NCBI RefSeq assembly: GCF_021869535.1
Contig: NW_026262637.1
Location: 31,186,001-31,250,000, forward strand
DNA length: 64,000 nucleotides
Reading direction: 5' to 3'
DNA from: Mytilus californianus
Taxonomy: Eukaryota
A program made the translations under genes and the position numbers. Below are positions 1 to 12,926 of the stretch, in pieces; positions within the stretch are counted from its first letter, which is position 1; the number at the start of each line of letters is the position of its first letter. A model generated the notes under the pieces. The model was not told the origin of the DNA. It searched no databases and was given only the letters and a program-made list of their open reading frames with translations.

Positions 1-82
1 TTTTTTTATTTATATGCAATAATTTTTATTTATATGCAATAATTTTTATTTATATGCAATAATTGCATTATGGGAAATTGTT

Positions 83-214
83 TGACGTCACAAGGTCAAA
101 TTTGCAACAACGTTTGTGATTGGTCGATATAGTCGAAAATGGCAGCCCCTGCTTGACTCACATGTTGAAGTTGTACGTTTGATTAGCTGTTGATAGATAT
201 ATGAGAAGGTAACG
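83..214 (+). promoter_or_regulatory. Putative inward-facing promoter and first-exon donor within the left TIR
   Basis: Perfect CRE TGACGTCA at 83-90, CCAAT box (GATTGGTC) at 118-125, YY1-like AAAATGGCAGC at 136-146, AP-1 TGACTCA at 154-160, splice donor AAG|GTAACG at 208/209. Function is inferred. Confidence 0.45.
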
Positions 215-432
215 CTTTGTGTAACTGTTTGCATTCCCCCCTTTCTTTCTCAACACGCATGCATGACCAAGAATTAAAAAAACGCGTCGCCCCACTAACT
301 AAATCTTGCGTTCATGCGAGTCCGGCATTGCAGGCTGTTACTGTTAGTGTTACTGTTAGGATTATGTACCCTTGTGTTGATTCAATACTAAACATATGGA
401 AAGTTTATAGAAAATCCATAGTCCAAATAATA

Positions 433-508
433 ATGACGTCTGGCAAGGCTATTTTGATTTTTTTCTTGGACGCCTTCCTGCGACCAAAATAGCCTTGCCA
501 GACGTCAT
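433..508. repeat. 24-bp perfect inverted repeat (hairpin) inside the TIR
   Basis: ATGACGTCTGGCAAGGCTATTTTG (433-456) and CAAAATAGCCTTGCCAGACGTCAT (485-508), with a 28-nt spacer. Mirrored at ~33121-33196. Confidence 0.9.
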
Positions 509-2724
509 AATATTATTTAGACTAGAACATCCACAGCCTTTTCTATTTATCCTTGTTCCCTCAAATAAGGCAATTTAATGACTGATAGATATAGGATTAT
601 TGCGAGCATTGAAATTTTCTCAAAACAAGTTTATTACTTTAGTTATAATAATGGTTAAAACAAATAAGAATTTAGCTCAAATTAAGTACACCTTTTAGGG
701 TGCACTTGACTGGCTCAGCACAAGATGTTTGGGAATTTACAGGTTGCTTATATTTTTTTGTAAACAATTAATAAACACAAGCACATTTTAGAAAAGCAAG
801 TGAGTAATCTATGTTTGAAATTTTATAACAAAAATCTCTGTATTGCAGGCTGTGGATTTTCTATAGAATCTTGGTTTATTTGCCACAAAGTACTCGCTTT
901 GTTTATAAAAAATCCGTAAACCAGAACTGGAAATTGACAGCAGGTTCATCAGATGGAAACACTTGTTGGAAAGAGTTGCGGTACATCTAATAACCAATGT
1001 AAAAAAGTGCCGAAATATGCACCACAATGGCCGTTTATGGAAAAATTGGAATGTGTTCTAGTTCCCATCTCTGAATCCCCGAAGTAGATTTTTTTTCCAC
1101 GTCCCACTGTGGTTAATAATTACTATATGTCTTTGCATATTTCAAAACATATTTTTCTTCAGGAATTCTTAGCTCTCTAGAACTTTTATTTGTCAGCATA
1201 TTTTGTTCATATTTATACACATAATGAGAACTATATATATATTCATAGCCTCTCATAGGACAACTTGTTAGCACTGACTAGAATAATGCTAAGTAACATA
1301 AAACTAAGATTAAGTTCAAATTCGGGTGGCTTCACTTTGACTGTTTCTGAGTTATGTCTTTTCCCATTTGCACTTGTTCTCCACCTATTTAAGCATGACA
1401 ATCAATCCATTTTGCCAGTGGGGGATCCATGTCATCAGACACAATCTTGTTTAATTATGCGACCACAAAAATATATTTAGGATCATAATAATGGTATGAT
1501 GAAGTCATCGTTGTCCATGTCGTCTGCGTCGTTGTCCTTAATATTAGACACATTACGTTTCCGGACAATAACTTTAGTTTAAGTGTGGATCTAGATATGA
1601 TTTTTTTTTTAGAAGGTTCAATACCACAAGGTTAGGATTAATTTTGGATGATGGTCCCAACGGAATGGAATTCAGACTCAAAGGGGGCCAAAAATAAGCA
1701 TTTTTCTTTAAGTTATTATCATGAACTTAGAAAAATGCATAATATATATAAGAAAAACACATAACAAATCAATAACAAACAAACTGGGCATCAATGAATA
1801 CATTTTATGATTTATAATCACCAGAGTATGAAATGAAGTACTATGCAAGCTTCCAAGTCATGCAAGTAATTCCAAAGTGTCCCATGTAAAAAGCATTATC
1901 GCTATTAAATTTTTAGGAAATTTTCCTTCGATCTTGCTGACTGGTGATTTCCTTTCTCAGCAGGAGTCAAGACGGAGTGATATGAAAAATTATCGCAAGA
2001 AACTAATGAGGCACATGGATCCTAATGAAACTGACAATGTCCTCATAGTTACAAATAGCGATCAACAAATTATCATTGCAATTGGTCATCTCAACTGGAT
2101 TGCTTTTCTCATTTTAGCCATATCATCTCAGGCGAGAAAATCAATCTTGTTGAGATGATCAATGATGATCTGTAAGAACATGTATCTAAATTATATGCCT
2201 TTTAAAGCTAAGCCTTTTCCTATTGATTTAGTATGGTTCATCAAAAATGATTTACTTTAATTAGAAAATGAGTTATTCAGTCTATGTATTCAGTTTCTGC
2301 GCAAAGTTTCAAAAATTCTCAAGTGCCTAATATAAAAAGTAAAATATTAAATATTTGGTTAACAAATAACAAACATGTGTTACTAAACTATTAGGAATAA
2401 AAAGAGAGGAGACAACTCGCGAAAGCATTTGTAATCACACTGTGTGAGAAATTGTGAACTAAGTTTCCACATCCCATGTCAGAATCTTTCATAATAAAGG
2501 TTGCAGTCTTGAAATTGACTGCTCCATAGGCTTACATGCAAAACAGCTGATCTTTGAAAATAAAAAATAAAAAAATAAAAAATGCTACATAGAAAAAAAA
2601 ATTCATGTTCATATCATGTATGTACTAATGTGAAATTGTGATTTAATCGAAAAAAGGGGGTTCTTGCCACGAAGAATAAAAAGTTACTCAATTCTGAAGT
2701 CAAAACATTTTTTTCCTACTTTCT

Positions 2725-3198
2725 CAGGGGTCGAAATTAGCGCTGGTGACCAGTAGAATTTACGTCGGACCAGTAGATTTTTTCAGCTAGTGGTCCGGCG
2801 GACCAGTTGAATTTTTTCGATAAAATTCTCTGATTGCATCACAATCTCAGTTTATTTACATTACAAATTACCTGAGAAATCAATAACGCGATACTGGAGG
2901 TATAAAAATTGATTACATTAATTAATATCTCTGGTGTTCGTCCTTCACAATAAACAAAATATGGAAATTTTCGGAAGGGGTTAAAACTTTCTCAAAATCA
3001 GGATGCAAAAACTTCTTTGACCAATGTATAATATATGTAAACAAAGGCATGAAAATAAAAGTAAGCATCTTTAATTTATGTTGGAGTTTGTCAAATGTAT
3101 TTTTTTCAGGACCAGTAGATTTTGTGCAGGACCAGTAGAGTTTTCAGTCCACTGGTCCGGCTGGCCATTACACAAAAAAACCTTAAATTCGACCCCTG
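2725..3198. mobile_element. Small MITE with CAGGGGTCGAA termini
   Basis: TIRs CAGGGGTCGAA / TTCGACCCCTG, flanked by a CTTTCT direct repeat. Repeated GACCAGTAG motifs inside. Confidence 0.7.
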
Positions 3199-3881
3199 CT
3201 TTCTGTTTGCTATTTTTACTAGGCCGCACCACTTCCAGTAAACATGATATCCTTCCACTTTCCTGGATTGATATCCCCAAAAGATGCAAGATTTTTTTTA
3301 AAGCCTATATATATGTTTCAATTCAGCATAAACCTACATGTATAATCAAACAGAAAAAATTGAGTTCAGAAAAAAATTCAGAACAAAATGCACTATTTTG
3401 TTTCCCTCCATGTTTTGAATGCACCCGAAATTGGAGTTGTAATACAAGACTGGTACCTAAAGGTTAATACAGTCAAATATTAAATACAATACTGACTGCC
3501 AATCATGCCTAAAGTTTTTAAAATCTGACAAAGTCAAAGATGAAGCTAGTTACAAAAATTACATCCTTGGTCCCTTGCTATTACAGCCATTACACATTGG
3601 TGGGTTTTCATAGCGCTCAAAAGTGACTAAAGCCCTCAAAACCCTAGCTTAAACCCAGATTCACACATGCATGTTTATTTCTCTGAAATGAAAATATTTA
3701 AGTTATACCCTTGATTGTTCAGAGTGTAAAATATCACTCATTTTATAATACATAGAAATCTGATAAATTGCAGAATACTATACATGCTGTAGCTACAAAT
3801 GTAACACCATATTAGCTGTGAAATATTGGCTCATGTGATAGGTTTGATGGCTTAATGAAATTCTTCCTTTTTTTGCAGAAG

Positions 3882-5385
3882 ATGGCAACATACCCAGATC
3901 ATGAAGAGCAAGAAGAGACTATTTTTGAACAAAAATTTCAAGACTTGGACGAAACGTTATCATATTGTGAAAATATCCCAGATAACCCTCCAAATTGTGA
4001 CATAGAATACTTTCGCAACAGATTGAAAAGTGCAGTGGATTGCTTAAATTGTTTAGAATTTAATTTAGTTATAAATAGAGCTGATCAGAGCTTAATTGAT
4101 AAAATTCAAACCCTATTATCTTGTCTTCAGCCCCTGAGAGAACATTGGAGCACGATAGATTTTTCTATGCCATCTAGTTTCTTGAGCATTGTTGATGGAG
4201 CAGGATGTATTTCAGCGACTGATAGGCTGGGAAGGCCTCCTGCTTTTATATGCACCGACCAAGTGGAATATTTGTTTAAAATTGGTTTTAAGATAGGTGA
4301 AATAGCCAGAATGTTCTTAGTGCACAGAACAACACTATGGAGACGACTTAAATATGAGGAGAAGAATCTGGTTAGACATACTATGATAAATGATTCAGAA
4401 TTGATGTCAGTGATGCGAGAAATCGTTAACAGTCAACCACATACTGGTGTGAATATGATGATTGGCCACTTAAAAGCAAAAGGTATAAGTGTGCAACAGT
4501 CACGTGTAAGGAGAACTCTGCGTGATATTGATCCAGGAAGCACCTTGATACGATGGGGCTTAACTGCAGTTCGCAGGAAATACTCAGTTGCAGGGCCTAA
4601 TGACCTATGGCATATTGATAGACACCATGCGCTGATCCGCTGGAAATTAGTAACACATGGAGGTATTGATGGTTTTTCGCGATTAATAGTGTTCTTAAAA
4701 TGCTCGAACAACAACTTGGCGGTCACTGTTTTGAACTCGTTTTTGGAAGCAGTTGAATCGTACTCATTACCATCTCGAGTCAGAGGTGATCAAGGAAGTG
4801 AAAATGTTTTAGTTGCTAGATATATGGAAGAAAGGCGAGGCTCTGATCGTGGTAGTTTTATAGCAGGAAAATCTGTGCACAATAGCAGAATTGAAAGGCT
4901 TTGGAAAGATGTTTATTATGCTGTAATTCAAACATTCTATTCATTGTTTTACTATCTAGAAGGAAATGATCTGCTAGATGTTGATAATCAAAAGGATCTG
5001 CTGTGTTTACATTATGTGTTTATACCTCGTATCAACGAAGCACTCTCTCAATTCGTAGTGGCATATAATAGTCATGGGTTAAGAACAGAACGTTGTTGGT
5101 CACCACAAAAGATCTGGGTGAACAGCATGATTAAAAAAAAACATTCATTCAGCTGAACTGAATAGTGAAAATATTTTAATTGATGGAATTGAGAAGTATG
5201 GAATAGACCCTCATGTTAATGATGTTCAAACACATGGTGAAGATATTGGCTCATTGGACATGCTGAATATGCAACCAGATCATGTAATTGTAGATGTGGA
5301 TAACTTGTTGAGTCAGGTTGACCCTCTTATTCCAAGTAATGAACATGGAGTTGATGTTTATCTTGCTGCAAGAGAGATTGTATGA
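3882..5385 (+). CDS. IS3-like (RNase H fold, DDE) integrase/transposase with N-terminal HTH modules; +1 frameshift in an A9 run near the C-terminus
   Basis: A splice acceptor (TTTTTTGCAG, ends 3878) sits just before the ATG at 3882. HTH-like segments [17 protein letters not shown] and [25 protein letters not shown]. Catalytic motifs [14 protein letters not shown] and [11 protein letters not shown]. The given ORF stops at 5156. Removing one A from 5133-5141 extends the frame through YGIDP...[14 protein letters not shown] to TGA at 5383-5385. Confidence 0.85.
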
Positions 5386-5626
5386 CATGATGATGTGAAG
5401 AATTAGATAAAAATAAAATTCTGGGTTTTTTATTTTCACTGGTACATGTAGATTATTGTACACTGACCCTGTACTTGTCCATGTTAAGATGATGTAATAC
5501 ATGTTAAATTATATTTGTGAAGTCAAAATTACTTTAAATGTATAACATACATGTACATTTGAATACATTGTATGAGACAACAAACCTTTACAAAATGTGA
5601 AATAAAAAGAACAATACAAAACATAC

Positions 5627-6740
5627 AACAAGAGTGTACACACTGAAACGTCTCGCCTGCTTTACTTTTCACTGATATTATGTTGAAAGTCCTAAATATA
5701 AAGCTTAACTATAACTATCACACATGATCCAAGAAAATGAGGTCATATAAACCAATCAAGAAAAACAGCTGAAGGACGCCTCTGGATGTGGGAATTTCTC
5801 GCTACATTGAAGACCTGTGGGTGACCTTCTGCTGTTGTTTTTTCTATGGTCGGGTTGTTGTCTCTTTGACACATTCCCCATTTCCATTCTCATTTTTATG
5901 TCATGTACATGTCACAATCATTCTATACACTAAATATAGTAAGTTGACCTATGGCTTATAAATAGCTTCAAAGAAACAGACTGAACTATGAAAACTAAAC
6001 AATGACCGATGAAAATGAGGTCAAGGTCACATGAACAATACTTGGCAGACAATTACAGCCTACTATACTTCCATACAACAGACATATTTGACCTATTGCT
6101 TATAGTTTTACACCAAAACACAAAACTTAACACCTTGCAATGAACAGTGAAAATGAGGTAAAGGTCAAATAAAACCTGTGAGACTGACACATAGATCATA
6201 AAATATTTCTATGCATCAAATATAGTTGACCTATTGCATATACAATTTAATATTACAAAAAGACTAAAACTAAAAAAAAATATTTTTTTTATCTCTGAAC
6301 CATGAAAATGAGGTAAAAGTCAGATGACACCTTACAATCATTCCATATAGTAAAAGAAAAAAGACAACAAAAAAATAACAACTGAACCATGAAAATAAGG
6401 TCAAGATCAGATGACACTTGCCAGTTGTACATTTTCACCTTTACAGTCCTTCCGTACCAGAAATATTGCTTATATGATATCCAAGATATGGACTTGACCA
6501 CCAAAACTTTACCTTGTTCACTGATACATGAAATGAGGTCGAGGTCAAGTGAAAACTGTCGGACAGGTATGAGGACCTTGCAAGGTATGCACATACCAAA
6601 TATAGTTGTCCTATTACTCATTTCAGACAGAATTTACATTACAAAAAATCTCCAACCTTTTATTTTTTCAAATAGTCGCTGAACCATGGACATGTGACAG
6701 ATGGAAACTTCATAACATAAGCCATCTATATACAAATTTT
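5627..6740 (+). mobile_element. Degenerate non-autonomous repeat with internal GAAAATGAGGTCAAGGTCA tandem units (Helentron-associated/HINE-like family A)
   Basis: Same 5' end (AACAAGAGTG..CACAC) and subunits as 12927-14743. Interrupted by a SINE-like fragment at ~5760-5910. Confidence 0.7.
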
Positions 6741-7869
6741 ATGTCGCCTGCTAATCACAGAACATGTAAGAGTCACTTTGACACTACATGTCGTCAGCAT
6801 CAAAAAAAACCAAAGCTTCAAAAATATGTCGAGAAACTTAATAATGCACAAATATGCATGGTTTATTTCAATATCAGTTCATTTTGGTTTTTTTGTAAAC
6901 ATTGACCCCTGCTGGTGGCAATATTTTTCAACAGACCGGAGAAAAACGAAGACCATTTGTTCAGGACATGTCATAGATCATGACTTTTTAAGTTTCAAGA
7001 TTTTTGAAAATCGGAGGCTCACAATGACCCTGCATGTGTAGCCCTTTTGGCAATCCTTTTTTGGTCTAGATTTTCCACATATCTTAAGAGCTTTATAATA
7101 TTCAAATATATGTATGGTTTAATTTGTTCACATATCAGCTACTTTGTACTTGAGAAATTGGAAAAATATGATTTCCCGTAGGGTTTCTATGTAAACTTTG
7201 AACCCTGGCTGTGGCCATTTTTCGTCAGACCAGAACAAAATAAGGATTTATGTAAAGTTTCAAAACATTTTGCCTAGTAGTTTCAGAGACAATCTTTGAA
7301 AATTGGCCAAACAGAATCTAAGATTTGCTCTAGCGGACATGTTTTTCATTGGACTAGAACAAAGTAGGGTCATTTGTTAAGGACCTTGCACTGACCATTC
7401 GTGCAAATTTTACTTAAAATCTGTCAAGAGGTTTCAGAGAATGAAAATGTGAAAACTTTATGACAAATGATGGTCATAACTTGATGGCAATTGGACTTTT
7501 ACTTAGGTGAGCTAAAAAGTGTTTATGAAAATCTTCAAAATTTATTATAAATTTCCAAAAACATACATGTAAGAATGTGGGTTTTTGCACTTGGACCTAT
7601 ATATACACATAACACATACTTTAATAAAACATTTTAATGAAAATAAACCTGACAGTTATGTTCTCCATAAATTGCAAAACAAAAGTTCATAGTATTATGA
7701 TAACATTAGATCTAAATATTTTATTTTCAACAACTCATCAGTTTCCCTAACTGTTATACATGTTTTACAAAATAATCAAACTCAGATGTCTGTGCAGTTT
7801 GAGTCAAACAACAATTTAACATATAATACACCCGAGTTTCTTGTTGTTCAAAACTATAACATAATAAAA

Positions 7870-8740
7870 TGTTTGGCAGGGCACAGCTTGACACGACCGC
7901 AGAAGTGGAACCCTGAAAAGTGGGAGCAAATATGGACACAACATTCGAGTTTCATACAGCTCTGAATTTGGATTGTGATTAAAAAGTTGAAACTGCATAG
8001 GTTTCTGACACAGAATGAATGGGGTCTAAAAGCTGAAAAGTTTTAAATTGGACATTCACTTTTTATGGTCCATTTTCCAAAATTTAAATACATGGTTAGA
8101 TTCAGCGTATCAAAGAACCACAAGAACTCAATTTTTGATGAAATCAAATAAAGTTCCAATTTTGGACCCTTTAGACCTTAATGTGGACCAATTTGATAAC
8201 GGGGCCCAAATATCAAAAATCTAAATACATGGTTAGATTGAGCATGTCAAAGAACGAACCCCTTATATTCAATTTTGGTTGAAATCAAACAAAAGTTTAA
8301 TTTGAACCCCTATTTGGACCAACTTGAAAACTGGGCCCATAATTAAAATTCATACATTTTCAGATTCAGCATATCAAACAACCCCAAGAATTATTTTTTT
8401 GTTAAAATCAAACTAAGTTTAATTTTGGACCCTTTGGATCTTACTGTAGACCAATTCGAAAACAGGACCAAAAATTCAGAATCCAAATACACGGTTAGAA
8501 TCGACATATCAAAGAACCCAAATAATTCAATTTTTGATGAAATCAACAAACAAAAAAAGAGTTAAAATTTTACCCTTTTGGCCTCTTCCTCCTAAACTGT
8601 TAGGACCAAAACTCCAAATATCAATCCCAACCTTCCTTTTGTGGTAAAAAACCATGCGTTTAAATTTCATAGACTTTTATTTACTTATACTAAAGTTATT
8701 GTGTGAAAACCAAATGTCTATGGACAACGACAACATGATA
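7870..8740 (+). mobile_element. Non-autonomous repeat family B (GTTAGATTCAGCATATCAAAGAACCCC units)
   Basis: Homologous to 15405-16630 and 19630-21100. Confidence 0.7.
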
Positions 8741-8883
8741 CCATTTGTATAAGAATTTATATGATCAATATATTTATACAGAAATATTCAAATTTGTATT
8801 TGTAACAACCTTTGCACCAGGCAAGACAAAAAATGAAGATGAAGTATGGATGAATATTAAAATTATAGGCTCCCATGAATGGT

Positions 8884-9125
8884 TCATGCCAGTCCAAAGC
8901 CTGGTGAGTTTGCAATTCCAAAAGTCATGTGTTTTCTGAATGTATTAAAATCTACTGAAACTGGAAGCTTCAACTCCATTGAGCATGTGTTTGCTTTTGG
9001 AAACAATCCTGAGTCATGAAGAAAAGTAATAGATGGTGATGGATCAAATCCTAATGGAGGTACACAGTCTGCTCCAGTTGCAAATGATAAAACATCACCT
9101 AAGGTAATTTCACCATCCTCATCTT
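8884..9125 (-). CDS. HECT C-lobe terminal exon with catalytic cysteine
   Basis: LGDVLSFATGADCVPPLGF...FPKANTC...ANSPGFGLA*. The acceptor TTTCAG ends at 9126. Confidence 0.9.
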
Positions 9126-10083
9126 CTGAAATAAGACAAATAAAAAAAAATTTATACAAAATGTTGACTTCAGTTGAGGTTTACTCATGTTTATACAAAC
9201 CAGGTAAGTAATTGAATGACCAAAACCAACAGCCAAGCTGGTAGTAGATCAATCACAGGGAATGTCCATATAGTCATAATTATACAAAAATCAAAGAGGA
9301 TAACTGATTCATTAAATGTTATGTAACAAAGTTGAACTTGAGTTGGCTATAAAAGCTAAACAACCTCACTCAATAAACTTTCATATTACTACATGAACAA
9401 TATTTTTTATGCTTCACATCTCAATGAGGTCACAATATGAAATAAAACAAAGTCTGTCTTTACATGGTTTATTATATCACTGGTCCCTAATTTTTTTAAA
9501 GATAAAAACAATGACAAGAATGTGTCCAAAGTACAGGGATGCCCTACTCGCATTATCATTTTCCTTGTTCAATGGACTGTGAAATTGGTGAAGTTTCAAA
9601 GTTGAAGGCACATAATTTCAGTCAAATCAGCAGAGCAGAAAGAATGGTATACTTTTATCTGCAAATTTTTGAAAAAAAGTTGGGATGGACTGTGGACCAG
9701 TCAAAAACATCATTTCCTTCGCAACTTGGTTGCCTTCGGTATAATAACATGCATTGTGAGATACACCCAGTCCCCCATGCAACATTCAGAGCAAGTGATA
9801 TTACGTGTGCACATCTTCATAAAATGTCCCTCTGTATTGCACTGACTGGATGCAAGGAGTTGCAGCTATAGTGATTTTTACTTTTACTTAACAAAATTTT
9901 AATTGCAATTATGACAGCATTGGCTGACCTAGAAGTCACGGCCACACAAGACTTTAAATCTCGCAATTTGAAGGGGTAAATTAATAAACTGCTTTGCTGA
10001 GCACAGCTGGATATGCTCTCAGAGGTCCAACCCTGAATAGTTGGGGCAAAAATGGACACAATATTAAAGCTTGATACCGGTCT

Positions 10084-10667
10084 AAAGGAGTAGGTCCAGT
10101 AAGGGCCGATTTTGGCCTCAAATTTCAGGTTCTTCTAACGAAAGATTTTAGACACTTTTTAAACACTGAAGTGTCTATTTCAATTGATTCAATTAGTTTA
10201 TGTGACATATTTTAACTGATGTAGTCATTAAAAACGCTTCGATTCAAGCTAAAATATGAAAAATCTATCAAATATGCCAGGAAACGTCACTTTTCGGATG
10301 GTTTTTGTCAAAAATGAAAGTTGCCGCATCCGTGTTCATCCTCAACCTTTATATATGTTATGTATTATCATCAAATAGAACTTACATTTCAATATTATGA
10401 ATGAACACGAATGCGGCCACTTTCATTTAAGATGGAAACCATCTAAAATCTAACCAAAATGCTAAAATTGTGAAGATTTCAGTAATTTAGCATGACTTCA
10501 TGATGCTAGTTCCCGATATATGTGCATTGTATTGTCAAAAACAGTCCATATTTATGTAGCAGAAGCATTCTACTTTCCAATAAATAGCTAACAGATTACA
10601 TTTTCAAAATTTTGTAAAACTGCTATATTTTGGGGCCAAAAAGGGGTCTTATTGAACCTACTCCTTT
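10084..10667. mobile_element. MITE, Kolobok-like termini
   Basis: TIRs AAGGAGTAGGTCCAGTAAG / CTTATTGAACCTACTCCTT, nested in a family B fragment. The TTAA-type target is degenerate, so the superfamily call is tentative. Confidence 0.6.
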
Positions 10668-11530
10668 GGATTGTATAGAATATTTGACATAAAGGTTTCT
10701 GAATAAATGTAGTCAAAGAACTTGAAATCTGTTATAAAAATTGAATTTATATTCAATTAAAGATTTCTTGCTGTGCTGTTGCTCAATACTTAGTAAATCT
10801 GTTGTCAGACTATAAACAAATAAATTTCAATAATAACTCAATGTTAGATATCAAAAATTTAATAAAAAAAACCTATAGGGAGGTTATCTTTATAGATATA
10901 AATCAGACATCAAAGTTTAATAAAAACTAGAGGCTCTAAAGAGCCTGTGTCGCTCACCTTGGTCTATGTGAATATTAAACAAAGGACGCAGATGGATTCA
11001 TGACAAAATTGCATTTTGGTGATGGTGATGTGTTTGTACATCTTACTTTACTGAACATTCTTGCTGCTTACAATTATCTCTATCTATAATGAACTTGGCC
11101 CAGTAGTTTCAGTGGAAAATGTTAGTAAAAGTTTACAAATTTTATGAAAATTGTTAAAAATTGACTATAAAGGACAGTAAGTCCTTAGGGGGTCAATTGA
11201 CCATGTTGGTCATGTTGCCTTATTTCTAGGTCTTACTTAGCTGTACATTATTGCTGTTTACAGTTTATCTCTATCTATAATAATATTCAAGATTATAACA
11301 AAAAACGGCAAAATTTCCTTAAATGACCAATTCAGGGGCAGCAACCCAACAACCGGTTGTCCAATCCATCTGAAAATTTCAGGGCAGATAGATCTTGACC
11401 TGATTAACAATTTAATCTCTTCAGATTTGCTCTAAATGCTTTGGTTTTTGAGTTATAAGCCAAAAACTGCATTCTACCCCTATTTTCTATAACAATTCTT
11501 ATTATCAATCCAATACTTTCTAAATACTAC

Positions 11531-11706
11531 CTTTTGAACTTCTCCTCTCAAGTCACCATCTGCTATATCTTCAATATTCCTTTCTCCAGCTTGTCCCACT
11601 AACGCATTGTACATAGCTGGAGAAAGGAATTTTGGTGATGGTCCTCTGTGTACAATGGATAGGGAAAAGAATAATCCAACATCTCTGTACAGATTGTCTT
11701 CTAGGG
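11531..11706 (-). CDS. HECT domain internal exon (absent from the ORF track)
   Basis: Translates as ALEDNLYRDVGLFFSLSIVHRGPSPKFLSPAMYNAL...IEDIADGDLRGEVQK, with canonical AG/GT boundaries. Confidence 0.8.
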
Positions 11707-12926
11707 CTACAATAAAACAAAACTAAATATTTTGCTGAAATGTGATAAAAGATTTAAGATATATTAAATTTAACATTTAGAGGCCTTAATAGACATGATA
11801 GATGTCAAAGAATAAATTTTACTATTCATAACTATATATTATCAATCCCTGATTCAGTGATATAATATATATCATGTTTGTTTTGTGTTTCACAGATCTT
11901 CCAGAAATCAGAAGCAAAATGAAGGAAAACAAGAATGTGTCCCTAATACATGGATGCACCATCTGCATTATAATTTTCTGTTTAGTGGACCGTGAAAATG
12001 GGGTAAAAACTCTAATTTGGCATTAACATTTGAAAGATAATATCATAAGGTACAAGTATACTAAGTTTCCTCAACTTCATCAAAAACTAACTCAACCAAA
12101 AACTTTAACCTGAAGCCGGACAGACAGACGAATGAACGGACAGACGGAAGAACAAACGAACGAACAGACCAGAAAACATAATGCCCATAAATGAGGCATA
12201 AAAATGGTCCTTCCCTTTAAAACTGTAACAAGTGTCTAGATCCCCAAAGTGTCCCCTATTGTAAATGGTGTGAGGTTATTGTGAGAGATGGGTCAAGATC
12301 CCTAATGCACCAGCTCTAGATGAGGAACCCCAAGTAATGTGTAAAAGAAATCTCTGTGTATTGATATTGGACATGTTTCTATTTTTTACAAATGATTGAG
12401 CTTAACCATTTGTGGTGATAAGGAAAGTAGAGGGAAATAGAATAAATGTGTAAAAGCTATGGAGCTATTAAAAGTTCAAAGAACTTATTGTGTTAAAACA
12501 GGGATTTTTGACCACAAGGAGCCGCATCACGAAAGAATACTCTGGGTTTGCTAATTTACAGAAAAAGTAATCTCACTTCGTACCCTGAAAATTTAACCAC
12601 AAATAAGAAAATGTCTCAGCTTCAAAACGAGCCATCATATATATCCAAGTTAACGATATGGACTGAGCAACAGAAGAAAACGTTACCATTACGGCCTATG
12701 GAGAAACAATTGCAAACCTTGAACCAGATGATTGATAATTGAACATGACAAAATACCTCTCCATCCCTATAAAGTGGGAGACATAAAAATGTAACTGTAT
12801 AGAGAATACATGAAATTCCTTTTTTAATCTTTCACCAAGATGAGACAATATAATCATCAGTGATATTGTTTGCCTTAAATTAGTGGAGAATAAAGGCTTT
12901 TTCCCCTGGAGAAGAATCCCAATTTG

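Larger units (their letters stand above)
1..1281 (+). repeat. Left long terminal inverted repeat (truncated by window start)
   Basis: Reverse-complement match to 32270-33628 with only scattered substitutions (e.g. C258 vs A at mirror position 33371) and a ~77-bp indel. The match ends at ...GCACTGACTAG (1281). Confidence 0.95.

Noticed and set aside
217-492. 91-aa ORF duplicated at 33137-33412
   Set aside because: It lies in the TIR, starts at TTG, overlaps a hairpin and has no recognisable motifs. The duplication simply reflects the inverted repeat.
1877-2158. Possible exon or small gene (93-aa ORF with an internal acceptor)
   Set aside because: No recognisable domain and no in-phase partner exon found.
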